From assembly GCA_965205655.1 (NCBI GenBank), contig CBDBIJ010000015.1:64001-128000 (forward strand): a stretch of DNA of 64,000 nucleotides. Reading direction: 5' to 3'. The position numbers and the translations under genes are program-made. Each line of letters starts with the position of its first letter. Position 1 is the first letter of the stretch. The notes under the pieces are model-generated. The model did not search any database. It was not told the DNA's origin and was given only the letters and a program-made list of their open reading frames with translations. This stretch comes from Candidatus Latescibacterota bacterium (GTDB lineage: Bacteria; Latescibacterota; UBA2968; UBA8231). This document shows positions 1 through 10,744 of this stretch, piece by piece.

Positions 1-302
1 CCCGAGGCGCGATCTGTCTGTTTGTCGAGCACGAGCCGTTGCCAGGCTCGATTGCGGATGAGCAGCCAGATGAGAGCGGCGGTGCCGCTGACGCCGAGCA
101 GTCCGGTAATGACCGCGGCTTCGGTCCCGAGTTTGACGTAGGCGAAGCCGACTCCAAGGCACACGGTAGCAAAGCCGATGACACCGAAAATATTGAATCC
201 CGGAATGACGAAGATCTCGAGAAGGATGAGAACGAACCCCAGGATCAGCAGGCCGATCGCGTAGCCCCACAGGAGCAGGTCAGCACTGAACGGCGTGCTC
301 AC
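1..302 (-). CDS. Short NfeD-like membrane protein (partial, runs off window start)
   Basis: GTG at 302 overlaps the nfeD stop. Manual translation MSTPFSADLLLWGYAIGLLILGFVLILLEIFVIPGFNIFGVIG... carries the E(I/V)FxIPG motif also seen in the upstream NfeD. Confidence 0.7.
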   Translation of the reverse strand, partial: MSTPFSADLLLWGYAIGLLILGFVLILLEIFVIPGFNIFGVIGFATVCLGVGFAYVKLGTEAAVITGLLGVSGTAALIWLLIRNRAWQRLVLDKQTDRAS

Positions 303-1780
303 GACGGCCTCACCACGACGCGGCTGCCGCGGGCTTCGATCACCTTCACCGACGTTTGCTCGTCGATGAATTCCCCTTCGGCGATAATGTCGACTCGCCG
401 ACCGTCGAACAGGCCGACGCCGACGGGTCTCAACTCGCTCAGCGTGACCCCCTCCTGCCCCACCAGATCGCTGTCGCGCTCAGTGGGCGCGGACACGTAT
501 CCTTCGTCGGCTGGAGTTCGACTGCCCAGAATGAGCCGGTTGAAGGCGGCGAGCCTGGGGAGCGATTTCAGCAAAATGACGGAGGCGACTATGGCGGCGA
601 TCATCGACAGAGCCAGCTGGCCCACGATCTGGGAAATCTCGTCGAGCCCCCAGAGACCCCACCATTCGGTCGAGGGCAGCCGGGTCAACAGCAGGCTCGC
701 CAGCATGCAGAGAATGCCGGCCAGACCCACCAGTCCGAAGCCGGGTATGAAGGCGACCTCCGCGACCAGAAGGACGAGTCCGACGACAAAGAGGAGAAGC
801 TCCTCCCATTCGGCGAGATGGATGACGAGGTGGCTGCCGAAGAACAGGGCCAGAGCGATAATCGCCATCGAGCCGCCGAGCCCCCATCCCGGAGTGCGCA
901 CTTCCGCGATGAGTCCAAAAATCGCCACCGACAACAGAATGGAGGTGACGATGGGGTTGGTGAGAAAACGCACCACCTGTTCGGCCCAGTTGATCCTCAC
1001 CTCGACGATCTCCGCGTCCTGCAGGTCGTAGATCTCCAGCACTTCTTCGATCGTCTCCGCCGTTTCGTCGGCGATGCCGTAGTGAAGCGCTTCCGCCGTC
1101 GTCAGCGTCGCCGGCCTGCCGACCACCTCGCTGAAACCGGGTATATCGATGCTTTCGTCCACCATTGCCTCGGCGATTTCCGGATCGCGACCAGTGCGAT
1201 TGGCCGTTCCTCGCATCGAGGCCTTCATCACCGAGACGATCTTCTCATCCGCCTTGTCGCCGCCTCCCGTCACCGGGGTGACAGCTCCGATCTCCGCCCC
1301 GCTCACCATGACGATCTGATCGCACGCCAACGAAATGAGGGCGCCCGCCGAAATCGCCTGCCGATTGATGAAGGCGATGGTGAGCGGTTCGGCGTCGAGG
1401 ATGGCGTCCTTGATAACCGTCGCCGCATCCACTCTGCCGCCGAAGGTGTCGATCTCGAAGAGGATGGCGTCTACCTCGGCTTCGCTCGCATCCTGCACAG
1501 CGCGCTCGATAAAGGCCGTGATGCCGGGATCGATCATCTCGCCCTGCGTGCTCACCGTGTGAACCTTGAGCAGGTGAACGATCGGTTTCCCCGGCGCCGC
1601 GATCGGCTTCTCCGACGCTGGTCCGGGCTCGATCTGAGTCGGTGAGAGCTCCTCTCCGTCCGCCCCGGTGAGGGAGGTTGACGACCCGGCGGAGGTGTCG
1701 CCGAACGACGCCGGCGTCAGGAGCCAGAGCAGCGAGAAGAGCGTCGTCGCGGTGCTGCCGCCTCGAGCGATCTTTATCAT
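299..1780 (-). CDS. nfeD: Long-form NfeD membrane-bound serine protease (ClpP-like domain + TM region + OB-fold)
   Basis: Motifs IDTFGGRVDAA and AISAGALISLACD, multiple TM helices, C-terminal GxEGVTLSELRPVG...GEFI. Confidence 0.9.
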   Translation of the reverse strand: MIKIARGGSTATTLFSLLWLLTPASFGDTSAGSSTSLTGADGEELSPTQIEPGPASEKPIAAPGKPIVHLLKVHTVSTQGEMIDPGITAFIERAVQDASEAEVDAILFEIDTFGGRVDAATVIKDAILDAEPLTIAFINRQAISAGALISLACDQIVMVSGAEIGAVTPVTGGGDKADEKIVSVMKASMRGTANRTGRDPEIAEAMVDESIDIPGFSEVVGRPATLTTAEALHYGIADETAETIEEVLEIYDLQDAEIVEVRINWAEQVVRFLTNPIVTSILLSVAIFGLIAEVRTPGWGLGGSMAIIALALFFGSHLVIHLAEWEELLLFVVGLVLLVAEVAFIPGFGLVGLAGILCMLASLLLTRLPSTEWWGLWGLDEISQIVGQLALSMIAAIVASVILLKSLPRLAAFNRLILGSRTPADEGYVSAPTERDSDLVGQEGVTLSELRPVGVGLFDGRRVDIIAEGEFIDEQTSVKVIEARGSRVVVRPS

Positions 1781-2012
1781 AAGCTGTTGTTTTGTCAGGG
1801 CAATCGAGTCTCGAACTGTTAGATTGTATCTTGCCTGTCAGCCATTGTCAACGCTCCAATGCAGACGGCGAAAATGGAGCGCGGCTGCCGTCGGACTTCA
1901 TTGACCATGCCAGAGGTCGCCGCTACATTGTGACTGCCACTTCAGCGGGCGACGACGTCAGTCCGACAGCACCGCGTGTCCTTCTCCGCACTCCTTCTCA
2001 CACACTATCTCG

Positions 2013-3038
2013 TTGACAAGCGCAGCAGTGACGATTCGGGCCCACCGGTGGCCTCTCGCGGTGTCATGTGTCCTCTGCGTTGCCTGGTTGGGCAGCCGTC
2101 CACTCGACCTCGACGAGGCGATCGTTCTTACACGATCCAATCTCGGCGTTGGCGATCTCATCCTGACGCCCTACAGCCCGCTCTACCTCGTCCTTCTCAA
2201 CCTCTGGAGCCGGGTCGCCGACGATCCACTCTGGCTACGGCTACTGGGTGTCGTTCTCGGCTTTGCCGGACTGTTTCTGTGTCCTCGCGTGCTGCGGGGT
2301 CTGGGCGGCACGCACGCGGAAGGTGGCGCCGTGTGGCTGCTGGCCTGTTCACCGTTCTTCGTCGACCAGCTGCGCACTGTGTCTCCGGCGCAGCTCGCCC
2401 TGCTGATGGTCCTTTTGTCCTATCTCTGTTTCTTCGAATACGTCAGAGCGGGACAGCGGAGGTGGCTTGCCGGGTGGATGGTGTCTGCTCTTCTCGCCGT
2501 TCTCGTTCATGGCGGCCTCTACTGCGTCGTCATTGTTCAATGCCTCGCCATGGCCTTCTATCGCCACCGTCTGTCCACCCGTCAGCGAAGCTGGTGGCTG
2601 GCTCAGATCGCACCCCTCATTCTGTTCGGAGCGCTCTTTGGCACCCAGTTCAACCGCTTCATCGCCCACCGACTCTCTCAGGTGAATCAGGTTTCCGCGG
2701 TGAGCGATCAGTGGTCGCGGCTGGCCACGGTGCTGCCGCTCCCGTGGTCCGCCGTGGGTGGCATCGTCGTTCTCCTCCTGATTCTGTCTGGGCTGCGCTC
2801 CTACCGCGATTGGCGCCGCGATACGCGGCATGGCCTCCTCATCCTGGGACTTGCTGTGCCGTCGGCGATCTGGCTGTTGTGGTTGCCACACGACTTCTAC
2901 GCGCTTGCCGCCCTTCCGTGCCTGGCCACGATCGGCTCCATGGGAATCCGCTCCTACCCCCGCTGGGGGCGCCAGCTTCTCTGCGTAGCCGTCATCGTCA
3001 TTTACGGCTGGAGCCACTGGCATTCGCTGCCATATTGA
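2013..3038 (+). CDS. Multi-pass membrane protein, GT-C/PMT-like glycosyltransferase
   Basis: LDLDEA after TM1, SPLYLVLL and WLRL motifs, about 9-10 hydrophobic segments. Confidence 0.55.
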   Translation: MTSAAVTIRAHRWPLAVSCVLCVAWLGSRPLDLDEAIVLTRSNLGVGDLILTPYSPLYLVLLNLWSRVADDPLWLRLLGVVLGFAGLFLCPRVLRGLGGTHAEGGAVWLLACSPFFVDQLRTVSPAQLALLMVLLSYLCFFEYVRAGQRRWLAGWMVSALLAVLVHGGLYCVVIVQCLAMAFYRHRLSTRQRSWWLAQIAPLILFGALFGTQFNRFIAHRLSQVNQVSAVSDQWSRLATVLPLPWSAVGGIVVLLLILSGLRSYRDWRRDTRHGLLILGLAVPSAIWLLWLPHDFYALAALPCLATIGSMGIRSYPRWGRQLLCVAVIVIYGWSHWHSLPY

Positions 3039-3049
3039 CGGCGTCGGCC

Positions 3050-4027
3050 ATGTCAATCCGTTGGGGAATCATCGGCTGTGGCGATGTGACGGAGGTCAAG
3101 AGCGGCCCCGCTTTCTACAAGGCGGAAGGCTCTCGACTCGTCGCCGTGATGCGCCGCGACGAAGAAAAATCCCGCGACTATGCCCGGCGGCACGGTGTGC
3201 CAAAGTGGTACGCCGACGCCGATCAGCTCATCGGCGACCCCGAAGTAGATGCCGTCTACGTAGCCACGCCGCCCGATACACACGCGGAGTACACCGTGCG
3301 CGCCGCCCGCGCCGGCAAGCCGGTCTATGTCGAAAAGCCGATGGCGAGCAGCTACAGCGAGTGCGAGAAGATGATCTCCAGTTGCGACGATGCCGGCGTC
3401 CCCCTCTTCGTCGCCTACTACCGACGGCGTTTGCCGGTTTTCCTGAAGGCCGAGGAGTTGTTGCGCGCCGGGGCAATCGGCGATGTCCGCTTCGCCACTG
3501 TCGAGCTCGTCGCACCACCTGGCGACCAGGATCGCAACACTGAGGCGCGGCGCTGGCGCCTCATTCCCGAGGCCGCCGGCAATGGGTACTTCTTCGACCT
3601 GGGTTCGCATCAGCTCGATCTGCTCGACTACCTCCTCGGTCCCATCAGCGAGGCGGAGGGCACGGCGACGAATCAAGCCGGCTGGTACGAAGCCGCCGAC
3701 GTCGTCTGTGCCAGCTTTCGCTTTGAGTCCGGCGCAGTGGGGAGCGGCATGTGGTGTTTCAACGCCTACGGCCGCAGCCGCACCGATCGCACCCAGATCG
3801 TCGGCAGTCGCGGCAAGCTCGTATACTCTACCTTCGACCTCGAGGCGCCGTTGGCGCTCCATACCGATGACGGCGACGAGACCTTCGATCTACCACCGCC
3901 CGAACATGTTCAGCAGCCGCTGATCCAGTCGATGATCGACGAGCTACTGGGCCGCGGCCGCTGTCCAAGTACGGGGGAATCCGCCGCGCGCACGAGCCGC
4001 GTCCTCGATTTGGTCGCGGGCGTTTGA
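3050..4027 (+). CDS. Gfo/Idh/MocA family oxidoreductase
   Basis: MSIRWGIIGCG Rossmann start, VYVATPP, VEKPM. Confidence 0.92.
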   Translation: MSIRWGIIGCGDVTEVKSGPAFYKAEGSRLVAVMRRDEEKSRDYARRHGVPKWYADADQLIGDPEVDAVYVATPPDTHAEYTVRAARAGKPVYVEKPMASSYSECEKMISSCDDAGVPLFVAYYRRRLPVFLKAEELLRAGAIGDVRFATVELVAPPGDQDRNTEARRWRLIPEAAGNGYFFDLGSHQLDLLDYLLGPISEAEGTATNQAGWYEAADVVCASFRFESGAVGSGMWCFNAYGRSRTDRTQIVGSRGKLVYSTFDLEAPLALHTDDGDETFDLPPPEHVQQPLIQSMIDELLGRGRCPSTGESAARTSRVLDLVAGV

Positions 4028-7000
4028 TGCCAGACGCCGCCGACAGTGCGACGACCTTCGACGATGTCGAAACGCTGCTGGAGGAGTGCATGCTCTGCGA
4101 CCGCGTGGCGTTCGAGCGCCGTCTGCGAAATCTGAGAAAAGGGCGGCGGAGAGGCGCACCTGCGGCGGAGCTCGAACGGCTCCTGCTCAAAGCGCAGGAC
4201 TCGCGCGACCGACGGCGCCGACGGCACTCGCTCGTGCCGCCGATCACCTACCCCGATTCTCTTCCGATCACCGCCAGAAAGGACGAGATCCTCCAAAGCT
4301 TCAAGGAGCACCCGGTCGTCATCGTCGCCGGTGACACCGGCTCTGGCAAATCGACGCAGATACCGAAAATGTGCCTGGAGGCCGGCCGCGGGGTGGCGGC
4401 GCAGATCGCCTGTACTCAGCCGCGACGAGTCGCTGCAACCGCTCTGTCGAGACGCCTGGCCGACGAGCTCGGCGTGGGCTGGGGCGCCGAGGTGGGATGC
4501 AAGATCCGCTTTCGCGACCACACGTCGCCGGACACGCTCGTGAAAATGGTGACCGACGGCATGCTAGTGGCAGAAATCCGGGGCGACCCCGACCTCTATC
4601 GGTACGATACCGTGATCGTCGATGAGGCCCACGAGCGTTCCCTCAACATCGACTACCTCCTCGGTTACCTGCGGGTCCTTCGGCGGCGCCGACCCGACTT
4701 GAAGGTCATCATCACCTCTGCCACCATCGACACGGAGAAATTCTCGAGCGCCTTCGACGGTGCTCCCGTCATCGAGATAAGCGGCCGCATGTACCCGGTG
4801 GAGGTGCGGCACCTGCCGCTGGATGAACTCCTTCATGAAGACGAGGATCTCTCGTACGTCGATGCCGCGGTGCGGGCCGTCGTCGACCTGCTGTCAGAAT
4901 CACGTGACGGCGACGTGCTCCTGTTCATGCCCGGAGAGCGCGATATCCGCGAGTGTCGGGATCTTCTCGAAGCCCGCCGACTCGCAGATGTGGAAATCCT
5001 CGCCCTGTTTTCACGCCTCACGAGCGCTGAGCAGCAACGGGTGTTCAATCCAGGGAGCGCGCGGCGCGTCATCGTATCCACGAACGTGGCAGAGACCTCG
5101 ATAACGATTCCGAGAATTCGCTTCGTCGTGGATACGGGTCTCGCTCGCCTTAACCGCTTCAACCCTCGAACCCAGACGCAGCGACTGCCGATCGAGGCGA
5201 TCTCTCAGAGCAGCGCGGAGCAGCGCGCAGGCCGCTGTGGCCGCGTCCAGGATGGGGTGTGCGTCCGTCTGTATGGAGAAGAGGACTTCCAATCGAGACC
5301 CAGGTACACCCAACCGGAAATCCAGCGCTCGGATCTGGCCGAGGTCATTCTCCGCATGCGGGATCTGAATCTCGGCGAGGCGGAGCGCTTCCCCTTCGTC
5401 GACCCCCCTTCACCACAGGCGATAAAGGCCGGCTATCAGTCGCTCCAGGAATTGGGTGCCCTCGACGCTCAACGGCGGCTGACTGCGCTCGGCCGCGACA
5501 TGGCCCGGTTGCCGATCGCTCCCACCGTGTCGCGCATGATCCTACAAGCCAAGCAGGAGAACGCCCTGCGCGAGGTCGTCGTCATCGCTGCTGCGATCAG
5601 CATTCAGGATCCTCGAGAGCGGCCTCTCGAGCAGCAGGAGGAGGCAGACCGCTCCCACCGACAGCTCGCTCATCCCGAGTCGGATTTCCTGACGCTGCTG
5701 CGCATCTGGGATACCTACCACGAGCGCCTGGGCCAGCTCAGGACGCAGAATAAGATGCGGCGCTTTTGTCGCGAGCACTTTCTCTCCTTTGTGCGCATGC
5801 GCGAATGGCGTGATATCCACGAACAACTCGGTGAAGCGCTGCGGGAGCCCCGCACATTCAAAGTGCACCGGCGCCAGGCGGAGTCACCGGCCTCGTACGA
5901 CGCCGTGCATCGATCGATCGTCGCCGGCCTGCTCGGCAATGTGGCCCGCAAGAAGGAGCACAATCTCTACCGTGCCGCCCGCAACCGCGACGTGATGCTG
6001 TTTCCCGGATCCGGATTGTTTCAGAGAAAGGCAAGCTCCGCCAGGAAGGACGCGGCTGCGGGGAGCCAGACTGTCTCTGGAGATGTGTCGCTGGTCGAAG
6101 ACAGCCAGGGCGGTGCTCCGTCGTGGATCGTCGCCTCCGAGATGGTGGAGACGTCGAGGCTGTTCGCCCGTTGCGCGGCGCGCGTCGACCCCACCTGGTT
6201 GCTTGAGCTCGGATCGCATCTGTGTCGATCCTCCTATCGCGATCCCTACTGGAATCGGCGCTCCGGCCGGGTCCTGGTGCGTGAGACCGTGCGCCTACAC
6301 GGCCTCGAGTTGACGACCCGGGAGATTCCCTATGGTCGCGTCGATTCGACTGCGGCCACCGAGATGTTCATCCGCGACGCCCTTGCAGCAGACGACGTCG
6401 ACACACCTCACCGCTTCCTGAAACACAACCGAGATCTTCGAGAGCGCATCGAGACCTGGCAGACGAGGATGCGGCGCCGGGACGGCATCGATCTCGAGGG
6501 TGCCGCTGTCGATTTCTACACCCGGCGCCTGACTGATGTCTCGTCCGTGCACGACCTGAACCGGATCATTCGCCAGCGGCAGGATGGTGGTGATCAATTT
6601 CTCCACATGGTCGAAGCAGATTTGCTCGGAGACAGGGATTTGTCTGTAGACCGCAAGTCCTTCCCCGATTTTTTGAGTTTGGATGGAAACCAAGTAGAGC
6701 TGGCCTACGCCTATCGGCCGGGAGAGGACGAAGACGGTGTAACGATCAGGCTCACCCACTCACAGCTGAACACCGTGCATCCGGAAATCCTCGAGTGGCT
6801 CGTCCCCGGTTTATTCGAGGAGAAGATCACCTGCCTGTTGCGCACGCTGCCAAAGGGGATTCGCAAGTCGCTCGTGCCGATTCCACAGACCGCCAGGGCA
6901 ATTGCCTGCGAACTCGAGCCGACTCACCCGTCGTTCATCGAGTGCCTCGAAGAGTTTATGCGCCGCCGCTACCGCGTCGACATCCGTCGCTCGGATTGGA

Positions 7001-8010
7001 GGCCCGACGATTTGCCGCACCACCTGCGAATGCGTGTAGAGGTATGCGACGACGGTGGAAACGTGGTGATTGCCGGTCGTGACCTGACTGAAATCTGCCG
7101 CCGCCTCGAGCGTCACGACACGCCTGCTGAGGTCGAGGCCTGGAAGCGGCAATCGGATGAATTCAGCCGCGACGCTCTCACCGATTGGAGCATCGACGAT
7201 CTGCCTGAGCGCGTCGAGGTCACTCGAGTCTCTGGGGTTCCTCTCTTCGGGTATCCCGGACTTGAGCGGCACGACGCCGGCGCGGGCTTGAGACTCTTCA
7301 AGACGCGCACCGAAGCGGAGGCCGCGAGCCGCGGTGGCTTCGTGAGGCTGTTCGAATCGGTCCTCAAACCGGATTTGGTCTGGTTGCGAGCTGAACTCGA
7401 GGCGCTTCGACGACTCGGGGACCTCTACTCGCCAGCCAGGGACCAGCTCGCAGCGGACGCCTACGAGAGTGTCGTCACGCACCTGTTCGCGACCGATCCC
7501 GTTCTGCCGCTGACCCGGCGCAGTTTCGAGGGCCGGCGGCAGCGCGCCCTCATGGAACTGCCAGCTCTCAGCTCCGCCTGCACCGATGTCGTCAGCGGGC
7601 TGCTGGAAACTCGCCTGGACATTCTCGCGTGCGAAAACTCATACGCAGAGCTGGCAGACGATCTCCAGCGCCTGCTCCCGGACCGGTTTCTCAGAGTCGT
7701 CCCGTTCGAGCGGCTCGGCGATCTGGCGCGCTTTCTCAAGGCCGTGCTCATCCGCGCCGAGCGTTCGCGACTCGACCCGTCGAAGGACGTCTCGAAAGCC
7801 GAACAGGTGAGCGTCTATGCCGACCGACTGCATGAGCTGCTGGGCGAGGAGCTGGTCGTCGGCTCGCGTCGCCGTCAGCTCATCGATGAGTTTGGCTGGC
7901 TCCTGGAAGAGTGGCGCGTCTCCGTCTTTGCACAGGAACTCGGCACGCCGCAACCTGTCTCGCCAAACCGGCTGGAGGCGAAACTGAGAGAAATAGAAAG
8001 CTCTGAGTAA
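4027..8010 (+). CDS. hrpA: ATP-dependent RNA helicase HrpA
   Basis: GDTGSGKSTQ, TQPRRVAA, DEAHERS, SAT, QRAGRCGR, C-terminal LEEWRVSVFAQELGT (DUF3418-like). Confidence 0.96.
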   Translation: MPDAADSATTFDDVETLLEECMLCDRVAFERRLRNLRKGRRRGAPAAELERLLLKAQDSRDRRRRRHSLVPPITYPDSLPITARKDEILQSFKEHPVVIVAGDTGSGKSTQIPKMCLEAGRGVAAQIACTQPRRVAATALSRRLADELGVGWGAEVGCKIRFRDHTSPDTLVKMVTDGMLVAEIRGDPDLYRYDTVIVDEAHERSLNIDYLLGYLRVLRRRRPDLKVIITSATIDTEKFSSAFDGAPVIEISGRMYPVEVRHLPLDELLHEDEDLSYVDAAVRAVVDLLSESRDGDVLLFMPGERDIRECRDLLEARRLADVEILALFSRLTSAEQQRVFNPGSARRVIVSTNVAETSITIPRIRFVVDTGLARLNRFNPRTQTQRLPIEAISQSSAEQRAGRCGRVQDGVCVRLYGEEDFQSRPRYTQPEIQRSDLAEVILRMRDLNLGEAERFPFVDPPSPQAIKAGYQSLQELGALDAQRRLTALGRDMARLPIAPTVSRMILQAKQENALREVVVIAAAISIQDPRERPLEQQEEADRSHRQLAHPESDFLTLLRIWDTYHERLGQLRTQNKMRRFCREHFLSFVRMREWRDIHEQLGEALREPRTFKVHRRQAESPASYDAVHRSIVAGLLGNVARKKEHNLYRAARNRDVMLFPGSGLFQRKASSARKDAAAGSQTVSGDVSLVEDSQGGAPSWIVASEMVETSRLFARCAARVDPTWLLELGSHLCRSSYRDPYWNRRSGRVLVRETVRLHGLELTTREIPYGRVDSTAATEMFIRDALAADDVDTPHRFLKHNRDLRERIETWQTRMRRRDGIDLEGAAVDFYTRRLTDVSSVHDLNRIIRQRQDGGDQFLHMVEADLLGDRDLSVDRKSFPDFLSLDGNQVELAYAYRPGEDEDGVTIRLTHSQLNTVHPEILEWLVPGLFEEKITCLLRTLPKGIRKSLVPIPQTARAIACELEPTHPSFIECLEEFMRRRYRVDIRRSDWRPDDLPHHLRMRVEVCDDGGNVVIAGRDLTEICRRLERHDTPAEVEAWKRQSDEFSRDALTDWSIDDLPERVEVTRVSGVPLFGYPGLERHDAGAGLRLFKTRTEAEAASRGGFVRLFESVLKPDLVWLRAELEALRRLGDLYSPARDQLAADAYESVVTHLFATDPVLPLTRRSFEGRRQRALMELPALSSACTDVVSGLLETRLDILACENSYAELADDLQRLLPDRFLRVVPFERLGDLARFLKAVLIRAERSRLDPSKDVSKAEQVSVYADRLHELLGEELVVGSRRRQLIDEFGWLLEEWRVSVFAQELGTPQPVSPNRLEAKLREIESSE

Positions 8011-8145
8011 ATGGTGTTCGCCAACCCGTTGAAGAGAGTGAAAAACCTTGATTAATTGCGGAGGTGTCGTATCTTGGTACTTGGCTGGGTGTGCAATATT
8101 TGCGTTGGAGCCGCGCCTATAGGTTCTGAGTCCGCAAGGAGAGCG

Positions 8146-8456
8146 ATGGAAGCTGTATTCATGATCGCCGCACTGGTGTTTATCTTTGCCGTCGTCGTGG
8201 CAAAGGTTATGACGACCGGGCTTCTGGGGCGCATGAACGCCAGATCAGCCAGGTGGCCTCGATCAAGCAGGAGGCACTCAATCGGCTCAAGACAGCCAAG
8301 GGCCAGAAGGGTGTGATCGAGAAAAATAAGATCATACTCGAGAAGAAGAAGACGAAAGTGACCAAGCAGATCGGTCGCCTGAAAAAAGAGATGGCCGGGT
8401 TCAAGGAAGAAGAGCAGGCCCGCCGTCAGCGTTCCGAGGCCCGCCGGGTGGTCTGA
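8146..8456 (+). pseudogene. Small TM-anchored basic coiled-coil protein, frameshifted near 8238
   Basis: AAGGAG RBS then MEAVFMIAALVFIFAVVVAK; one missing base joins it to QISQVASIKQEALNRLK...RRVV. Confidence 0.65.
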
Positions 8457-8481
8457 GCGCTCGCCATTTCTTCCCCTCGCA

Positions 8482-10728
8482 CTATCTCAACTGCAGTATC
8501 CGCGTCTGTAGCGGAAGCGTTTTCAGCTCCACCCAACCGTCCCGAACTGACATCGCGTTCCCCCCCCTCGTCTCAACCGCCAGGCCCATTACTTCATAGG
8601 TGTCGAAGATGACATCGAGCTGCGCGACCGGCTTTGCCAGGTAGTCGCAGCGAAATCGGACAGTTCGGGGGCGACGAAAGTCCAGGTTGTGAATCACCAG
8701 GGCTGCGTCGTGTTCACCATAGCGGCAGTATGCGAAGACGAGATCTTCGGGATCGCCCCCCTCGAACTCGTTTCGGTGGTAGTAGACGAGACCCGTCCGG
8801 AACACGTTCCACTCCTTCATCCTTTCTTTCAGAAGGCCGTATGACTGCGACAACCGAGATCCGAGCATCGTTTCGCTCGCCTCTGTCCCCAGCAGACATT
8901 CGTTTTCGAAGTCCGTCTGCGCCTCTTCGCCCCATTCACTGCCCAGCTCTAGCCCGTAGACGATATTCGTGCCGGCCCCAACCACGCCGTTTGCGCCCGA
9001 TGCAGCCATGCCGGCCGTGGCGTTGATGAGCGAAGCCTGCAGGTTTTTGAGCAGGGCCATCGTCAGTGGAGGATGATCCTCGGCCGGGGGATTTTCCGCC
9101 AACGCCCACTGGGCAGCCAGCCCCAGCTCGTCGGCGCACGCCTGTGAGAAGCGCTCGTGCCAGACTCGCGTCGCTCTGGGGCTGTCGTGGTTCTCGAAGT
9201 AGGCCATGGCTACCGTGTGGGCCGGCAGTTGGGAGTGCATCTCCTCTAGGAGCCTGATCAGCGGTTCGGCGGTGGCCACGTCCCGGTGAAGATCGACAAC
9301 GAGAGCGTAGATCATGTCCGCCGGTACGTCCGTTGCCTCCTGCAGCGGGCAGAGGGTCTCTCCCAGAACGAGGGCGTCTTCTTTGATGGCGTTGATCCTG
9401 TTCTTGATTCGCTTGAGAAAGGGTCTGTCCAGCGTCTGGCTCGCGTCGATGCGGACGCCGTCCAGATCGCAGGTCTGCATCCAGTATGGCGCGACGCCGA
9501 GGAGATATTCCTGAAGGGGCTCGTTGAACGTCAAATCGAGGAGCGCTACGTCTGAATAGACGAGCCAGGCGATCTGGTGGATAGTGGGTCTGCCTTCGTC
9601 ATCCGTGATGTACCATTCCGGATTCGTTCGGATGAGGGGGTTGTCCCTGCTCGTCTGCGCCAGCACGAGATCGAAGATGACCCGCTTTCCGAGCTCGTGC
9701 GCCCGCCTCGTCAGTGCCCTCAATTCGGCTCTACCCAGCAGCTGAATGAGATTGTCCCGCCCCCATCGTCGCATCAGTTCGAACGCATCGAAATCGGCCA
9801 GCTCTGCGGATGACGCGAGCGGTATCTCCGTTTCGAGCAGATCGTTGGCCACGATCAGATCCTCACCCACGAGACGGCGCAGGTCTGCTTGCTCGGGAGG
9901 TGTAACGAGATCGGGATCGAGCGCGAAAAAATCCGCCACGGCGTATGGGCTCCCCAGTTGCCCCTTGCGGACATCTTGGCCGGTGTGCAGGTCGAAGTAG
10001 CCGGGCTTGAAGAACGGCAATAGGTAGACGACATCGACTGGCAGTCTCTCCAGCCGGTCTGTGACATGGGCGAAGCGGCCGCTGACGAAACGCCCCTGCG
10101 CGTCCGTCGTCGCTCCCGTTTTGCGCGTGCACACTTCCATCACTGAGGGACATTGCCTGACCCATTCCGGGCTCACGACGATGAGGCCGTCTTCGTTCTC
10201 GGCGATGTCGTTGAGAGACACCCATGCCTTGTGCGGCGAGTTCGGCTCGTGGGCGTCGCCGGAAAACTGCACTGTGTAGCTGAACACACCGGTCTTTTCG
10301 AGGTGCAAAGGGTCAGACTCGAACTGCAGGTTCTGTCCGGAGAGGAGCGGTGCACCATTGTTGCTACAGCACAGGCGCATGGCAATATGCCTTCCGTGCG
10401 CCAGCGCCGCCGCCGCCTGTCCCGACGAGGCCCCGATCGTCTCGACTACCCGATCATTGGCGTCGGTCCAGAGACGCACATCTACCGCCCCTTCTCGGAC
10501 TTGCGCCGCCGGGATCGCGGCGACGAACAGCTCGACCTGCACGCGCGCCTCGACGGACGGTCGCCGAGGGTCGATGTATACGCGAGCGAGTTTAGAAGGG
10601 AAGAATCGCCCTTCGAGATCGATAGAGAGATTCCCCGCCCACACGAGCCAGTTGTCGAAGTGACGGGGGCGGTAGGTGAGGTGGAGTTGCCGGTGAAAGA
10701 TCTCTCGGCAGCTGTTCGCGCCGCTCAC
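8482..10728 (-). CDS. Alpha-amylase family (GH13) glycosyl hydrolase/transferase
   Basis: GSPYAVADF, VIFDLV, DGVRIDAS (nucleophile), LGETL (acid/base), FENHDS. Confidence 0.88.
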   Translation of the reverse strand: MSGANSCREIFHRQLHLTYRPRHFDNWLVWAGNLSIDLEGRFFPSKLARVYIDPRRPSVEARVQVELFVAAIPAAQVREGAVDVRLWTDANDRVVETIGASSGQAAAALAHGRHIAMRLCCSNNGAPLLSGQNLQFESDPLHLEKTGVFSYTVQFSGDAHEPNSPHKAWVSLNDIAENEDGLIVVSPEWVRQCPSVMEVCTRKTGATTDAQGRFVSGRFAHVTDRLERLPVDVVYLLPFFKPGYFDLHTGQDVRKGQLGSPYAVADFFALDPDLVTPPEQADLRRLVGEDLIVANDLLETEIPLASSAELADFDAFELMRRWGRDNLIQLLGRAELRALTRRAHELGKRVIFDLVLAQTSRDNPLIRTNPEWYITDDEGRPTIHQIAWLVYSDVALLDLTFNEPLQEYLLGVAPYWMQTCDLDGVRIDASQTLDRPFLKRIKNRINAIKEDALVLGETLCPLQEATDVPADMIYALVVDLHRDVATAEPLIRLLEEMHSQLPAHTVAMAYFENHDSPRATRVWHERFSQACADELGLAAQWALAENPPAEDHPPLTMALLKNLQASLINATAGMAASGANGVVGAGTNIVYGLELGSEWGEEAQTDFENECLLGTEASETMLGSRLSQSYGLLKERMKEWNVFRTGLVYYHRNEFEGGDPEDLVFAYCRYGEHDAALVIHNLDFRRPRTVRFRCDYLAKPVAQLDVIFDTYEVMGLAVETRGGNAMSVRDGWVELKTLPLQTRILQLR

Positions 10729-10744
10729 GGGGAGAAGGCTCAGC

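Noticed and set aside
1976..3049. 683-aa ORF as an N-terminally extended oxidoreductase
   Set aside because: The extension overlaps the membrane-protein gene in another frame; the real start is ATG 3050.
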